Origin: Botryllus schlosseri
Lineage: Eukaryota
DNA length: 64,000 nucleotides
NCBI GenBank assembly: GCA_051294905.1
Contig: CM119378.1
Coordinates: 2,730,001-2,794,000, forward strand
Direction: 5' to 3'
Shown here: one piece after another, positions 49,471 to 63,700 of the stretch
Numbering within the stretch: the first letter of the stretch is position 1
Layout: every line of letters starts with the position of its first letter
Translations under genes and position numbers: made by a program
Notes under the pieces: model-generated
Told to the model about the DNA's origin: nothing
Databases searched by the model: none
What the model saw: the letters and a program-made list of their open reading frames with translations, nothing else

Positions 49471-51390
49471 GTAATAATGTAAACAGAGATGCATTTTCAA
49501 TTCGACTCAGCACAGGAATCGCAGTTTTGAGCAGATTCCTCTCCTCTCGATTGCTAAAATTTTCATAGTTGTCGCGTGATATGAATTCATGATATATTCA
49601 CGAACCAAGCCAAACGCCGCATTGATTTGCAATGCACAGCGGTGAAGTCACACTAATGAATATATATTTTCAATGATCGACATTTTCGCCCCTTTCGCAC
49701 GTTTTCGCTCCCTAATCGCCCCCTTTGTTACTTTCGCCCCTGTTTTTCAAAATCACACACTGGGGTGATATTGCCCACATTAGGACCCACTGGTCTAGGC
49801 CTAATTCTCTGTACGTCTGGGGCGGTCACAGTCTGCCGCAATCCACTACTTTCTTCCTACGTCAAATTATAGCAATTGTAGGTTAAACCTTAGTTCTTAC
49901 TGATGGTTTCTAGCTACGTCCGGCATACCAACAGAGATCAAAGAGCTAGTTGACAACATTGTTCGGTCACAGATGTCTTATTGACTTCAACAGCTATGGA
50001 AGTACATTACGTTAATACATTCGTTGTATGCCGTTTTTGGTTTCTACACTTTAAACCTGAAGTTTACGTTGAATGCGAAATATTCTTCGTATATGTGGAT
50101 AAATACGTCATTAATGTATCGATTCAGGAATTTGGCCCGCCAAGTAACTCATTTTCCCATATGAGGCCCGCTGACTGGACAAGTTGCCCGTCCGTGTTCG
50201 GCGTCAAGGATAGCTAATCCGTGGCCCGCGAGAGGGTTTTGAATGGATCGCGCGCTAATTTTCGAAATTGGTTAAATTATTAAAATTAATTGCCAACGTA
50301 ATTCATTGTGAACTCGCAATGTCAACCAAAAATATAATTTGAATGACCTCGAAATTTGGGATGCTGATCATTTTCAACTGCAATATTGTGGCCAGATCTG
50401 GCCGAATGTGATGACCTTTTTAGTCATCAAAAAATAACATTAACACTCAAGTGGCCCGCGAATTATTTCGTAAACCGCATGTGGCCCTTTCGTCAAAAGC
50501 GTCGGTCGACCCTGCAGTCTACGGGGCATCGAATCACCCAGGTTTGTCCCGCCCTACTCGTGAAAAATTGTCAGCGACACAGGACAGGATAGTAAGTAGA
50601 GCTAGTCATACCTGTATACAGGGGCCTTTTTTAGTCAAAATGCTTACAGCACATGTCTTGACATAGTTCACGGAAAACTGGTCCTCGCTGAGATATTTAC
50701 TGTCTATGACTGTATGAATATGGAAATTCTTCAACATGGCTACGGATGCCTTGATCTATGCCTAGCAAATAATGCAAACCACTGTGATCACCACGGCGCG
50801 GTGACCATCCCTGATAGAGCTCAAAAGATTTCGAAACTGCTCACAATTTCGTAAGTTTAAAGTTGTAGTCGTTGTATGCAGGTATACCTATATTGTGGAA
50901 GAATTACAAAAAAGACATATATGTAAGTATGAGTGACTTCCCCGTCATCGTGCTATATAATGGAGCATACGAAGGGGATGGTATCATACTAAGCTACGTC
51001 TTCACATACATTGGTAAGTGCGATAAATATAAATCTATTTGTTAAAACTATAAAGTAGGTTTCTATTGAATCTCCCTTTAACTGAAATATAATAGGGGTC
51101 AACACCATACGAACTTGACAATGCAGTCATATCGCGGTTTCTATTTATGATTTGCGTGACGTTGGCGCATCGACAAAGCCATATCTTCATTGCTTTCTGT
51201 TAAATTGTAGGGTACTGTCACTTTATACAAAGTGCTGTTCTGAAATATCGTAATTCGGAAAATTATGTGAACTATAGCAAAAAACACATTTTTAAAGCAT
51301 TTGTTTGAAACACTGTTTAAAACATGTTTTAAACAAAGTGTTTCAAAACGCCGTTTGCTTTAAATGCAACCCTAACCTCAACCATAGCAG

Positions 51391-51453
51391 ACAATACGAC
51401 GACACCATCGGTCACTGATGAACCCAACACTGCGTATCCAGCAACCACGAGTA
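51391..51453 (+). CDS. Putative exon: Ser/Thr/Pro-rich stalk
   Basis: CAG acceptor, GTAAGT donor, 63 nt, phase 1-1; NTTTPSVTDEPNTAYPATTS. Confidence 0.55.
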
Positions 51454-51514
51454 GTAAGTGACAGATACCGACATCAATATGTATTTCCTACTTAACAACA
51501 GAACCCTGTTTTAG

Positions 51515-51626
51515 AGGAACAGTCTGGGCGTCGCGAAAGTACAGGTGACATCTATCAAATCTTATCCATTGTATTGGGGAGTCTGCTGCTGATCACAATC
51601 ATCATGCTAATACTTTCTCTGGAGAG
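51515..51626 (+). CDS. Putative exon: transmembrane helix
   Basis: TTTTAG acceptor after a 61-nt intron, GTAAGA donor, phase 1-2; EQSGRRESTGDIYQILSIVLGSLLLITIIMLILSLE. Confidence 0.6.
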
Positions 51627-52175
51627 GTAAGAAATATACGCTGTATATAGTTACTGAAATGTAGTTGCTGACGATTACTGATGACGAATGTTAGCTGAAA
51701 ATATCCGGGTTTATTTAAATATGAAAATATCATAAATGCAATTGTATGTAGTAAACAGTCATTCACCGCGATAAAATGATAAGTCGCCTTACAGTTTGGA
51801 GTAGCAGTAGAGACAAACTATCCGTCAACTGCACACGTCTTCATCGTCATCATTGTTATCATCACTCTTATCAATTCAAGATTTGACCATAATTTGTAAT
51901 ACACATCCTCTGTCTGTTCATCACATCTCACTGTGTCTTGTCAGCGCATTGTACATAGCATGTCTTGAGTTGGTGAAAAAGATGGGACTGCTGATTATGG
52001 AATAACAATAATCTCGTACCAGCGCATGCTTTAGCAGCGTCCCTGATACGGCATACTGCGACTTAACCGAGAGGTCGTTGTATCTCTGAGTTAAAGATCT
52101 CATATTTTCGTGATGGCCCCATCAGCAACACAATGCCATATTGTTTTATACGTTTATTCACATATCGGTAATAAC

Positions 52176-52650
52176 TAGGGCAAGTGTTTGTTGCAGTTAA
52201 ATCCGTGGAAAGTTGCATTTATTTTTGACAAAAGTTGCAGTAAAATGTTGCATTTACTTTTTCACAAAAGTTACACTAAAATACCACATTTTGCTCGGTT
52301 GACTATATACAAAAAAGTCAACTTCCCAGATTGACTAAAAAAATAAAAATGTCAACTTTCCGGCACAGCTCCCGAAATACCCGTAAGAGCGTTACTTCAG
52401 TGCTGATTAACGGTATTTCAATCGGATGTGGCCGTGTATTTCGCTAAAATCGAAAATACTTTCATGAAAAATCGAAAAAGTTGCAAAATGTTGCAAAAAG
52501 TTGAATGAAAAAAATGGACAAAAGTTGCAAAAAGTTGCACCATAAGATTCCTTCAAACAGCTTAAAACAGCATTCTACATATCCTCCAGGTATTTAGGAA
52601 GCTGCCGGAAGCTGTAAAAAAAGTTGCAAAAGTTGCAAAAACTTGCCCTT
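52176..52650. mobile_element. hAT-type MITE with AAAGTTGC subterminal repeats
   Basis: TAGGGCAAGT / ACTTGCCCTT; perfect TSD GTAATAAC. Confidence 0.85.
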
Positions 52651-54266
52651 GTAATAACTTAACATATCTCGAAACGGTGATCAGCACAAAAGCAATCAGT
52701 ACAACAGGGGTCACCAACATCGCATGCGGCCCGTGAGGCCCCGTGTTGGCAAAATCTTTATGTCTTCATGTGTCCGGCGTGGAAAGCGTCAGCCGCGAAA
52801 TATTGTGTCTGATAGTCCCGCAACCGATCGTTCCACACCCACCCCTGGGCTAAAGTACCCCAGCGGTCTCCGGTCAGACAAATGTCAGACAAATCATGTC
52901 TTGACATCAAACCAATTCGTGTAATACAAAGGTAGGCAAATTTTCACGATCAAGCCATGCTGTCGTAATGACTATTCTACGTGTGTCGCTTATTATTGGC
53001 TATAGCACCTAACACAGTGACCAGGGATATGTACGAAATATTCGCAGGAGATCACGGGAGAAATATATCATTGCAAGAAATTATATTATATACATATTAA
53101 AATATTGCTCTGGAGCCGTCGCGACCCGAATTTATAACCTTCGCGACCCATTCTTCAAGAACTCTTGGCTTCCCCACAAGATCAAGCTTTGGCTTCCCCA
53201 CAAGATCAAGCTTTACCGCGAGATAGTTGTTCAGATAGTACCGTGTCTCGCTAGCCCCAATATCGATTCCTTAGTCCAGGGGCGGCAATTATTTTCCTCC
53301 GCGGGCCAAATGAGAAAAATAAATACGTAGGCGGGCCGAGTGAAAATTTTCAGCTTTTTTCTCCATCAGTGTATTTTAATTGTATTTCTAAATTACATTC
53401 TTAATAAACGCTGCTCAGTGAATGTGTTGATATTAGGTGATGAGAAAATGACGGTTGATTAAAAAAAAGTTCTATTTGTTGTCATGATTCGAATCAATGT
53501 TAAGCATGATACATTTTAGCTCTCTTTAAGCCCCTATCCACGTTCTTCTACTAAGACTCTAATACCGTGGTTCTCAAACTTTTTAGGCGCGCCTCCCTTT
53601 ATGATAGTGAACAATATCGTGCCCCTTATCATTATATCACACAATATTTAAAAAAAGTGCAACCACAATGCTAGCAATCCCAATAGATAGTCACTGGCGT
53701 AGCAGCATATGCTGCCGCCCCTGGCTCTCGCCTAAAATGCCGCCCCCTGCCCTAAGTAGACCGCAGCAAATTTAGACATAGATTCATGTTCAAGCAACCT
53801 TGTCAATAAAAATAATTACAAACAATATGCCGGGTCTCAGCCTCACCATCTCAACGTTAATAAGGCCAAAAATAATAAAGACATTTTTTGTGCAAATAGA
53901 AAATCAATAGCCGCCTCAAAGCAAAATCAGCGATAACATCCTCAAATTCAAGTTTTTGAACGTAGTCTCTTTTCATAGACAGAATGGATAAAGCTCATAA
54001 CCGATCATCATTCATGGTAGAACGTAAATAAGACTTAATCAGTTTGAGCTTTGAGAAGCTCGCCTCACACAGCTCGCAATTGAAACACCAATGGTCGGAT
54101 AAAGTTTCAGACACGAGCATAAATATGGTGTCGAATCAAGTAGCTTTGCATTAACTAACCACTGTCAAACATCAAACGCTTTTGCATTACGATCAAAAGT
54201 GGTTTCACTGCTCCGCACCAGCCTCTTAACCCTTTTAAAATCTCAAGTTGAACAACTTCATATAAT

Positions 54267-54713
54267 CAGTAGTGGCTTTTGGGGTGGGCGAGGTGGACGG
54301 TCGCCCGGGGCCCCTCGCGTCGAAGCCCCCCCCCCCCCCTTTGGATGAAGCGCTTTTTTCAAGGATAGGCTAATAACGAACAAACATGGAAATCCGTGTA
54401 CCAAGCAAGAATATGATTCCGTACAGATGTGTCAATTATCATCAAATCTGTGCACTTGTTAGAAAAGTCCCGTATCCCGATAATCATCACGTCCCTGCAT
54501 GTAGTAGAATTAGCCTACCTAGTTTTGATGTAGTCTATCCTTGCACACATGCAATATTATAGACATGGTCGAATCCAGCACCTGACCGAACCCTACCGTG
54601 GAGAAAGATAAATATTAATAAGGGATGCCAACAGGGGGTCTGGGGTTAGATGCTTATAGCCCCCCCGGTAAGTCTCGCCCACCCCACCCCCCCCGTTCGT
54701 AGGGCCACCACTG
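54267..54713. mobile_element. MITE (family of 17438-18830)
   Basis: CAGTAGTGGC / GCCACCACTG; TSD CATATAAT / CATATGAT. Confidence 0.8.
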
Positions 54714-56173
54714 CATATGATCATATCTTAATTCGTGTCCGTTCTAGAGGCCTCATATTGGTTTGTACGAAAAGCTAGCAATCTTCTGATTTATATGATT
54801 CGAAGGTAGGCATGACAATTTTCGCAGCTAACTCCAAAAAGTCTTCTGTAATGTGAGCTCTGCAGATTGCTTCTTGCTAGGGTCTGCAATAGATTACTCC
54901 ACGGGCCGGATGAAATCATCTGGCGGGCCGTGTCTCGCCTGTCATGTGGTGTGGCTATCTATTTATGTGTTTTAATCAGGTCCGAAATATCATTTTTTCT
55001 GCCCCCGTCCGCCCAAAAAAGCACTGATCTTGGGGCGACCATAGGGTAGTCGATGTAAGTTGTTGGGCACTTACTATATGCATTTGGCAGTTAAGTGTTA
55101 TGTATGAATTCTGTCAATAATATTGATTCCTCCATATATTAGGCTACTATAAAATACACCAGCAGTTTGCACATCCGGTGATTTCCAACCTTTTATGGTC
55201 GCGACCTCATTTCCGACTTGAAAATGTTAGGTGGCAAAGCTAAAAACTTGATAAGCTGATAGCTAAAATAATTCAGCTTGCCCAAACTTACTCACGGCCT
55301 AGCAAGCTGATTACGTCCAACATCATTGCGATCCCCAGATAAAGGCGACCGACCCCAAGATTTGGAACCAACGTCTGTGACTGAAGCATCCAATCGGCCT
55401 TAACCAACTCTAGGAATATACCGTTAGCTTATAGTTGCGACTGCAATCCAACTTCTTTCAGTAAATGATGGGTATTTATATTTATTTTGATAGCATCTTT
55501 TGGCAAGGGTGGTGCCTGGTGCCCATACTAATATCATTATACGTTGCATTAACTCGGGCGCGGCGCGAAGAACAATTTTGAATAGCATAAATTTGCTTGA
55601 AAATAATATTGTTTATGTTGATTTACGAAAAACTTTTGAGCCTGCTTCGAGCCTTCAAAATTCCGGACATTTAGGCATATTTTAGAAATTCCTCCCGGAC
55701 GCAGATTTTTCAGTGAAATTCCGGACATGTCCGGGAAATTCCGAACGTATGGCAACCCTATTCTAAAAGCGCTGGTGAATAAATTGTGACTTTCGCTTTG
55801 CAGCAGCGCGTGGGAATTCAAAAATCCTAACATATCATTTAAGTGGTGTATGCCGGTAAACCTAGTTTCAGCTTCAAGTTTAAATCTGTCCAAAGCTTGA
55901 AACATGCATCGTCTAACTTCTTCAACAACACTGAGGCCAGCATCTTCTGATTGTTCGCCAGGCATTCTCCTTTTTCTGCGAACTCTCCGAACAATCGGCA
56001 TTGACGGCTGTTTCGGAGTGGTTTCATCGCCATGTTAACATATTAATTCGTGTTTTCGGAATCAGCGTGACACTATAGCTTTCGATTGAGACCTGTGTGA
56101 TAAAGTTTGAGCTCACGGGACGCCAGCTAAGGACTACCAATTACCGCTTCTTTTAGTCGGCTGTGTACAATGT

Positions 56174-56436
56174 GCCGAGCGAGATAGTGTATAATGGTGA
56201 TGCGTCCGGCTTCTTGATCGGTAGGTCGTGGGTTCGATCCCCGGCCGGGTCAGACCAAAGACTCGAAAACTGGTATCCGCGGTTATCCCGCTAGGCGCTC
56301 AACAATCACAGAGAAAAAAACGGGGGTGCAGACTAGATGACCTTATTGTTAAAAAAAAGTCCGTATCGCATCTCCGTCGTCAAAGCATTTCGATGGTGCA
56401 GGTGAAAAAGAATACCATACCTATCTCTCTCTCTCA
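56174..56436 (+). mobile_element. tRNA-derived SINE with MetaSINE-like central domain
   Basis: A box TAGTGTATAATGG, B box GGTTCGATCCC, then CCAAAGACTCGAAAACTGGTATCCGCGG...CGCTAGGCGCTCAAC (recalled as Meta-domain-like); (TC)n tail. Confidence 0.7.
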
Positions 56437-57793
56437 TTGTGCAGCCACATTTTGCCGCCCCCTTGGAGCCTGCCGCCCCTGGCGCAGAGCCAGAACCGCC
56501 AAGTGGCTGCTACGCCACTGTGGATAGTTTGATAGCATGGAAGATTATGGCTGTTGATGAGAGAATTATGAAATGTCTAAGTCAGACAATACACAAAGCA
56601 ACAACTATAAGCTTGGGGTGTATCACGCGGAGCGCGAATTTTTTTTCAATAAACTTCGACTTCACGCCATCCTTCTGATGCTTTCACGTCTCGCTTCCAC
56701 GTCTTCCAGTTTGAGAACCTCTGCACTGAACTGTATATGCAATAGTACAAAGCTTATTTTCGTGGTCGCTGCCTTCCGAGCAATATGCAGCTTAAATAGC
56801 CTTTATGTTGAACGATGTTTGCAGTTTTCCTGAACTTCGCCCTCCCTTGACCGAGTATTTCGTGTTTTTGTCATAAGACCGACGTTAATTAAAATCCTTG
56901 ATCTCGGCGACATGCCGGGCAAAAACTGAGAGGCTGGGTTTACCCCTGACTCCAGTATACGAATATTTAGTGCTCTAAATTCTAAACCTAAACCTGCTTT
57001 GAATTTCAGTTTTCGGCTTTCTTTTTTGGACATGCCCGTTAATCATTTATGGTTGATGGATATCATGAGTCATATAGTAATCGCAAGAACTGATTGACTT
57101 GTTTTACGAATTAGAGATTGGGAAACATATCACGTAACAAATTGAAACACATACCGTATAGTGCGTAATTTGACAATGGCAACAAAGAAGGTTTGAACTG
57201 AACTATGAAAAGAGTGATTTATTGATACTTCAATTATTGCTACTCATACTTTGCCACATTGCCTTTATTTTGAATCTGGATTACGCATGTCAGGTAGGCT
57301 ACGTAGGCAGCGTACTAGTCGTGGCATATTAATGAACGGGCTTTAAAGTAAACGAATTTCCTGTTCATTTGATATAGCCTATGGTTTTAGTCATTCAAAA
57401 ATGAATTTTTATATTTTCAATTTCAAGCAAACTTCCGCGGGCCGCACAGAATAGCTTCGCGGGCCGCATTTGGCCCGCGGGCCGCACTTTGCCCAGGTCT
57501 GCCTTAGTCTCTGAAGAGCGTTATCATGTAATGTGCGACGCTCATGGTTGGAAATAAAATGAAATTGATGATCATGACATTTTTTGTTGTATTTGTATCT
57601 CTTTCATAAAATATGTCTTCTTTTGTGTTAACTATGCCAGTCGTCCATCTTAGAGAATACAGCGTTGTATCGGGTTTTAAACAGTGTGTGAAACAAATGC
57701 CTTTAAAAATAAGTTGCAAAATTATGCCATAAGTGTGTAAATACTTAGCCAAAAATATGCCGTATGAGTCTACGGACAATTACCACCGATATA

Positions 57794-60700
57794 CACTGTA
57801 AATTCTGAAGTGTTGCTCAACCCGGAAAATTGAACACGAAACGTGATCCAAAAATTGAACGCCTAGAAGTGTTGCGAAGTGTTTAAATTAAAAGTGTTTA
57901 CCTAAAAAGTGTTCAGCCTCAAAGTGGCTGGTTGACTAGTCACCGGAACGCAGGGCTCAAAATAAAATCAGATTTTATTGATTCATAAATAGATGACGCT
58001 TATAATACCCAACCTGGTTGATTAAATACGTGCAAACATTGAAATTTCCAATAGCTGCTGTGACAGGGTTTCATAAATTCAGATCAGCAGTTGAAACCGT
58101 TTCCGGAATAGTCCATGAAATCACGAACATCAAAAACTACAAATATCATGCAACTCGTTCAATCATGAAAATGAATGCATAGCGAATTAGGGATAGTGAT
58201 AACAAAATATCATTTAGTATCTTTAACTTTCGTGACAATGGCATGGAATTAAATTCATTGGTTACGTCCGTTAACGGAAAACATGATCAACACAAATCAG
58301 TAAAACATATTTATAATTGATCAAATGAAGGCTTGTAAATTTCTAATTTTATTGTAAAAAAAACAAACAATGAATACATCAGTTTCACTACCACTACCAC
58401 GATAAACAAATAATAAAGTATTTTTTTACTCTTAATGAAATTGGGCCTGCTAAGTGCTAACCAGGCATCAAAAATATTCTTGGGCTTGCATTACAAGGAT
58501 TTATATCAGGTTAATGCCAATCACTTTTGTTTAAATAACAAAGAAATCGTTTCTTTGAGTCCATACAAATTTTGCAGATTTACAGAAAAGATTTTGTTGT
58601 TATTTGCCAGTCTGCTGCAAAATATGAAATCTGGAAGTCATTAGGGCAATGATTCTTGAACATATTTGGACACGCCCCATTATGATAGCAAAAAAATTTC
58701 ACACACCCCTTATCGTCGTATCATGAAATTAAAAAAAGCAACCAGAACGCTAGAAATCCCAACTGATAGTTGGATGGCAGTGACGGTAATAGTTGTTGAT
58801 GAGAGAATATTCAAATATTAAATTCTGACCATACACAGAGAAATAAGTAGAAGCTGCCATGTGCGAAAAAGATTTTAGTTGACAGCGGGTTCACGCCCCT
58901 TCAAATGCTTTCTCATGTTTGAGAACCACTCCTTCAGGGTATGACAATCCAATGCATAGTAGCTCAAAACGTCAACAATGTTTCTGAATACTTCATTTTC
59001 ACTGAAGCAGTTTTATATTCTTGGCATCAGCTGCAATCCAGGATCGGTCAATCTCTGATTCGTGGCGTGCCATGGTGTTTGCTTCTTTTCTACTGGTCGA
59101 CTCCAAGTTGTGCTCCTTGAAAATGTGATTAAATTCCAAAGTTTTGAATATGTCAATGAAAATTCGAAATTTTATGCAGAAATAACTATAAATATTTCAC
59201 ACATGCAGGTTACACAAGCGCAGGAAAGGCGCTCGGGTACATGTGAAATCCTATCACTGAGAAGAACTAAAATTCGCATAACGACTAATAAAAATATCTT
59301 GAATTAGGTCTGCGCTTTTTTCAATTCGGTCATTGTGACATTTACATTTACATTCAGACGCACAGGCCACAGTGAGAATGCAGAACTGTAACTCAGAATG
59401 AAATTTATAGCAGAACGTCTATGTACGTCTACGAACGGTCCATGTAAATTTGTATGGTCCACAAAACAGAAAGATTACGATACCTGTTTCAATAAGACAT
59501 GCGCTTGGGTCTTGGATTGTATTAGCTTGTCTCTCAATTTGGCTTGGAGAAGAAGACAGTTGACTTCATCAACCTCGTTTTGCTGAAAATGTAATTGATT
59601 GCAAACAAGATCCGAAAATAAATATAGTAGAATCGGTATTCCTATGGGTTTGGATTGCCACTACAATAATTGACCAGACAAAGGACACATTGATTGTCTT
59701 TAGTACAAAAAACTTTGTGACATCTTATCGAAGGTGTTGAATACTTTTCCTCCATTGCAGTAATTGTAATTGTTCTCAATCTTTCAAAATACTTCCCTCC
59801 TGATGAAATTTAATTAGCGAAATTATTTGGAATTAGCACGACATGGAAAATGATCTCAATTTGATGTTCCAAGTATAGTTCAGTAAGCAGTAGTTTAAAT
59901 ACAAGTTACCCCAGCTCTTTACATTCAAGAACACCTCTGTTCAATGTACACAGATCAAGCCTCTCTTAAGCTCATATCGCATAGATAGATAGTTATCAAG
60001 AAAATTAGGACTGCAAAAACCAGCACATTACATGATCAATGGTGATATATGAAATGAATAAATAGACTTACATAATCACATGTTTCCATGGGTTCTTGAG
60101 GCAAAAGTATTATCGCAAAAGATGACTGCACCGGCACAAAATCCGTTCAGATGACTCCTCACGTCACTATCAACATTGTCTGTTAGCACAGGCACGGTAG
60201 AACCAGGGGGTCTCTTCGAAGAGTCGACACCAGTTGGACGAATTTGAAGATCAATCCAAGACTGTTGAAAAGAAAATACTTGTTTCACAAATTTGCAATA
60301 CAAGGGAACTATTCAATATTCGAACAGCTTCTTCGAGGTGCAAAACTTCAATATAAAATTGAATAGTATATGCATATTGAAATGAGCCCGAATATTTTCG
60401 GCTGAGACTCGTCAAGGGTAATCGTCAGCAACTAGTAGAGAACTAGAAAGAACGTAGTACATCAAAAATCGATCACAAAATATGACGTCACCGGCATTCA
60501 GTATTACGCATATATCACACTGGATACATTTGTATGTGACAAAAGGGTGTCTTTCATAGAACAAATAATTATTGTAATGGAAAGTTGCATGTGCACCAAT
60601 TTTACTACAGCACGAGTAGCATACTTTCCTGGATTGTTAATCATTTTAGTGGAATTTTACCAGCAAACATTCATAAAAATAACCAAATGCAGCAGAATCA

Positions 60701-63700
60701 AATTCATTATCTAAGGATATGCCAGTTTACTTACGAAATACCGCGATGCTTACCAGTATTTTAAACAACAAATGCATTTCTAGAAGTTGCCAATTGCAAT
60801 ACATACTACCTGCACATTAGGGCATTTTTCATATTCTTTCCATCAGCCGCAACCCAGGCTTGATGAGTCCCTGATTCGTGGCGTGCCATGGCGGATCTTT
60901 TTTTTACTGGTCTAATCCAAATGCTGCTCCTAGAAAATACGAAACATTACAAAGGAAAATTGTAGATTTGATGCAGAAGTAAATATAAATATTTCACACA
61001 GATAGGTTACAGAAGCGCAGGAGAGGTGCTCTGCCCCCCAGGTTGAGAACCACTGACTTAGCCCATTACAGTTCAGTAAACAATAGTTAAAGTACAAGTT
61101 ACACGAGCTCATTACGTTCAACTACATCTCTGTTCAGTGTGCAGTGTACACAGTTCAGGGTACACTGTACGGTACAGTGTACACAGATGAAGCCTTTTTC
61201 AGCTCATATCGAATAGCCCGTAAGCTACTCTGCGAGATAGTTCGTGAGAAAAGTAGGACTGCAAAAACCAGCAAATTTCATAATCAATGGTGATATATAA
61301 AATGAAAAAATAGGCTTACATAATCACATGTATCCATGGGCTCTTGAGACAAAGGTCTGTATCACATAAGATGACTGTGCCGGCACAAAACCCGTTACGA
61401 ACGACTCCTCACGTCACTGTCAACATTGTCTGACAGCGCAGGCATGGTAGACCCAGGGGGCTCTTTTTAAAGAGTGGACATCAGTTGAACGAATTTGAGG
61501 AGCAATCCAAGACTATTGAAAAGAAATATTTGTTGCCAAAATTCGCAATACAAATGAACTGCTCAGTAATCACGCAGATATCATACTGGATACAGTTTTT
61601 TTTTTCTGCAATAAGTTGTGCGTGACAGAAGGGTGTATTTCATAGAATAATTGAGTAATGGAATGGAAAGTTGCACATGACGTTACCACCAATTTTACTC
61701 TGGCACAGTTAGTATACTTCCTGGATCGTTAAAAATTTTTGTGAAATATTACCAGCAAACATTCATAAAAATATTTATCACAAAGATAACCGATTGCAAC
61801 AGAATCAAATTCATTCTCTAAGGATATACCAGTTCACTTACAAAACACCGTGATGCTTACCAGTATTCCATACAGCAAATGCATTTCAAAAAGGTGCCAA
61901 GTTCAATACATACTACCTGCAAAATAGAGTTTAGTTCAGTTACCGTATCACAATAAACTCAGAAAAGTCAAATTCGGGGATTGGGCAAAACAAATACTAC
62001 CCCTTGTGATCCATGGTTTGTTGAAAAGATTGTTTGTTTGGCTGTGCTATTATTGGGGCGATTTTTTGGACCTAAAAAGGTAAGATTTTGACTAAAAAAT
62101 TCAAATTCACACATATATTGATGATGAAAAACTTAATTTTGACCCCATGTACTTAAATTAGGTGTTTCTCACATAGTGTTAGAATTGTATTACCGGAACT
62201 TATCTTTATTTCTGGCTGGAGCTGTCTGTTCTTCCGAAGTAATTTGACCTGAAAAAATCTTTTAGCATGAAAATTGACAAATTTTTACATGAAAAAGAAC
62301 TTATTTTATCGAAATCTGGACCCATGAATAATTCTAGTATTAGTTACATCTCGTATTATGGTAGAAATAATTAAATATTTGTTTTAGTACAACGAAAGAT
62401 ACTTTCCGACATTTTCGGGTAGAAAGTGTCTGTCCTAACTAAGTAGCTTGGCAAGAATGAAGAAAGAACGTTCACCAGCTGCAGTTGTTGGCCGGCAACA
62501 CTGAAGTTGTGCGTACACTGCACTCTCTCTCTCTCTCATTATGACAACGTTGTCTACATCGCAATTATTCATCATACGGTTTCTAATAGAAGAACCAATG
62601 CCCACGCAGTCTTGCTTCAGTCAGGATAGTGCAATAGGCTACGTTGAGTATTTGTTTCATTTGACAGTTTATGATTCACAATGAGCAGACGATGGTCCGT
62701 CTACAACGGTAGGACTATAAAGTAGGCTACAAGATGTAAATTGTAAAATGATAAGTTCACCGACAGTGCAATCATCTATGATACAAACGAAATGCAAGTT
62801 GCCAAAAAAATTTTGATTTTGTAAAGAATTTTGGCAATTTTTGACCTGACGGTACAATTTTGACAAAATTCTGACCTATTTTGACATTTCAAAAAAAATC
62901 GCTTTAGTTAACACCTTACCACTTGGAATAAACAGTAGGCCTACAGTGTAAAATGTCTTGCAGTTGAAAAACAATCAAAACCGTTGCATGACTGTCATAC
63001 CGGCATTCAATTGCTGACATTGCAGTGCATGTCCACAATGGACCACAATATCCCCTACATAGTGATATTTCAGTGTGGATAGAGAGAACATCCCTTTATC
63101 CATATGGCAAAAAAGTTACTTTTATAGCAGCTTCCCATCAGTACCGTAGTACTGGACCTGGTCGCAGCCTGGTATATTATCAGATTCGAAGCTCAATAAT
63201 ATCAGACGAATCCTATACTGCAAAACATCTAAAGAACATTTATATGAATAAGGGATATCAGTAGCCTGCTAAAACATCTAAAACAAACGACGTTACTGCA
63301 ATGTCAAAACGAGTTAATTTTATGACTATTCTCACATTACATACATTCAATAACATTTACCGCATTTCCATACCTTACAGTACATGGATGTTATGATCCT
63401 TTACGCCATCAGGTAGCAGAAACTGCTTCAATATATCCATTTCGCCAAGTTTTTTCGTGTACCCTACTCTCTGCCTGAAGCCTGACGAACCACCAATTCA
63501 AATCCAAACTGAAATCGAGCGCGCTCTACCGTAACGAAGGTTGTGACCCCTCCGCGTCACAGGGAAATATGTATATTTCATTGAAATATTACCCTTAAAC
63601 TTAGTGTTGGGTCAAGTGAGTAATATTATTTTACATATACCGTGATTTAATGTGATCTCCAAACGTAGCGATGGTTTATGAATGCAAAATTGATGATAAA

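Larger units (their letters stand above)
53692..56520 (-). mobile_element. hAT (Tip100-like) element with transposase pseudogene
   Basis: CACTGGCGTAGCAGC / GCTGCTACGCCACTG; TSD TAGATAGT / TGGATAGT; remnants RRKRRMPGE..LDRFKLEAETRF..LGFL (55760-56001) and SFSKLKLIKSYLRSTMNDDRL*ALSILS..IADFA (~53910-54110). Confidence 0.85.
53277..57501. mobile_element. hAT element, outer layer of a second nest
   Basis: CAG...CTG ends with GCGGGCC subterminal motifs; perfect TSD CCTTAGTC; contains a further MITE at 53565-56723. Confidence 0.8.

Noticed and set aside
57794..62948. Alternative right end (TACAGTG at 62942-62948) for the CACTA element
   Set aside because: Shorter TIR match; only the end at 63880 restores the interrupted host MITE.
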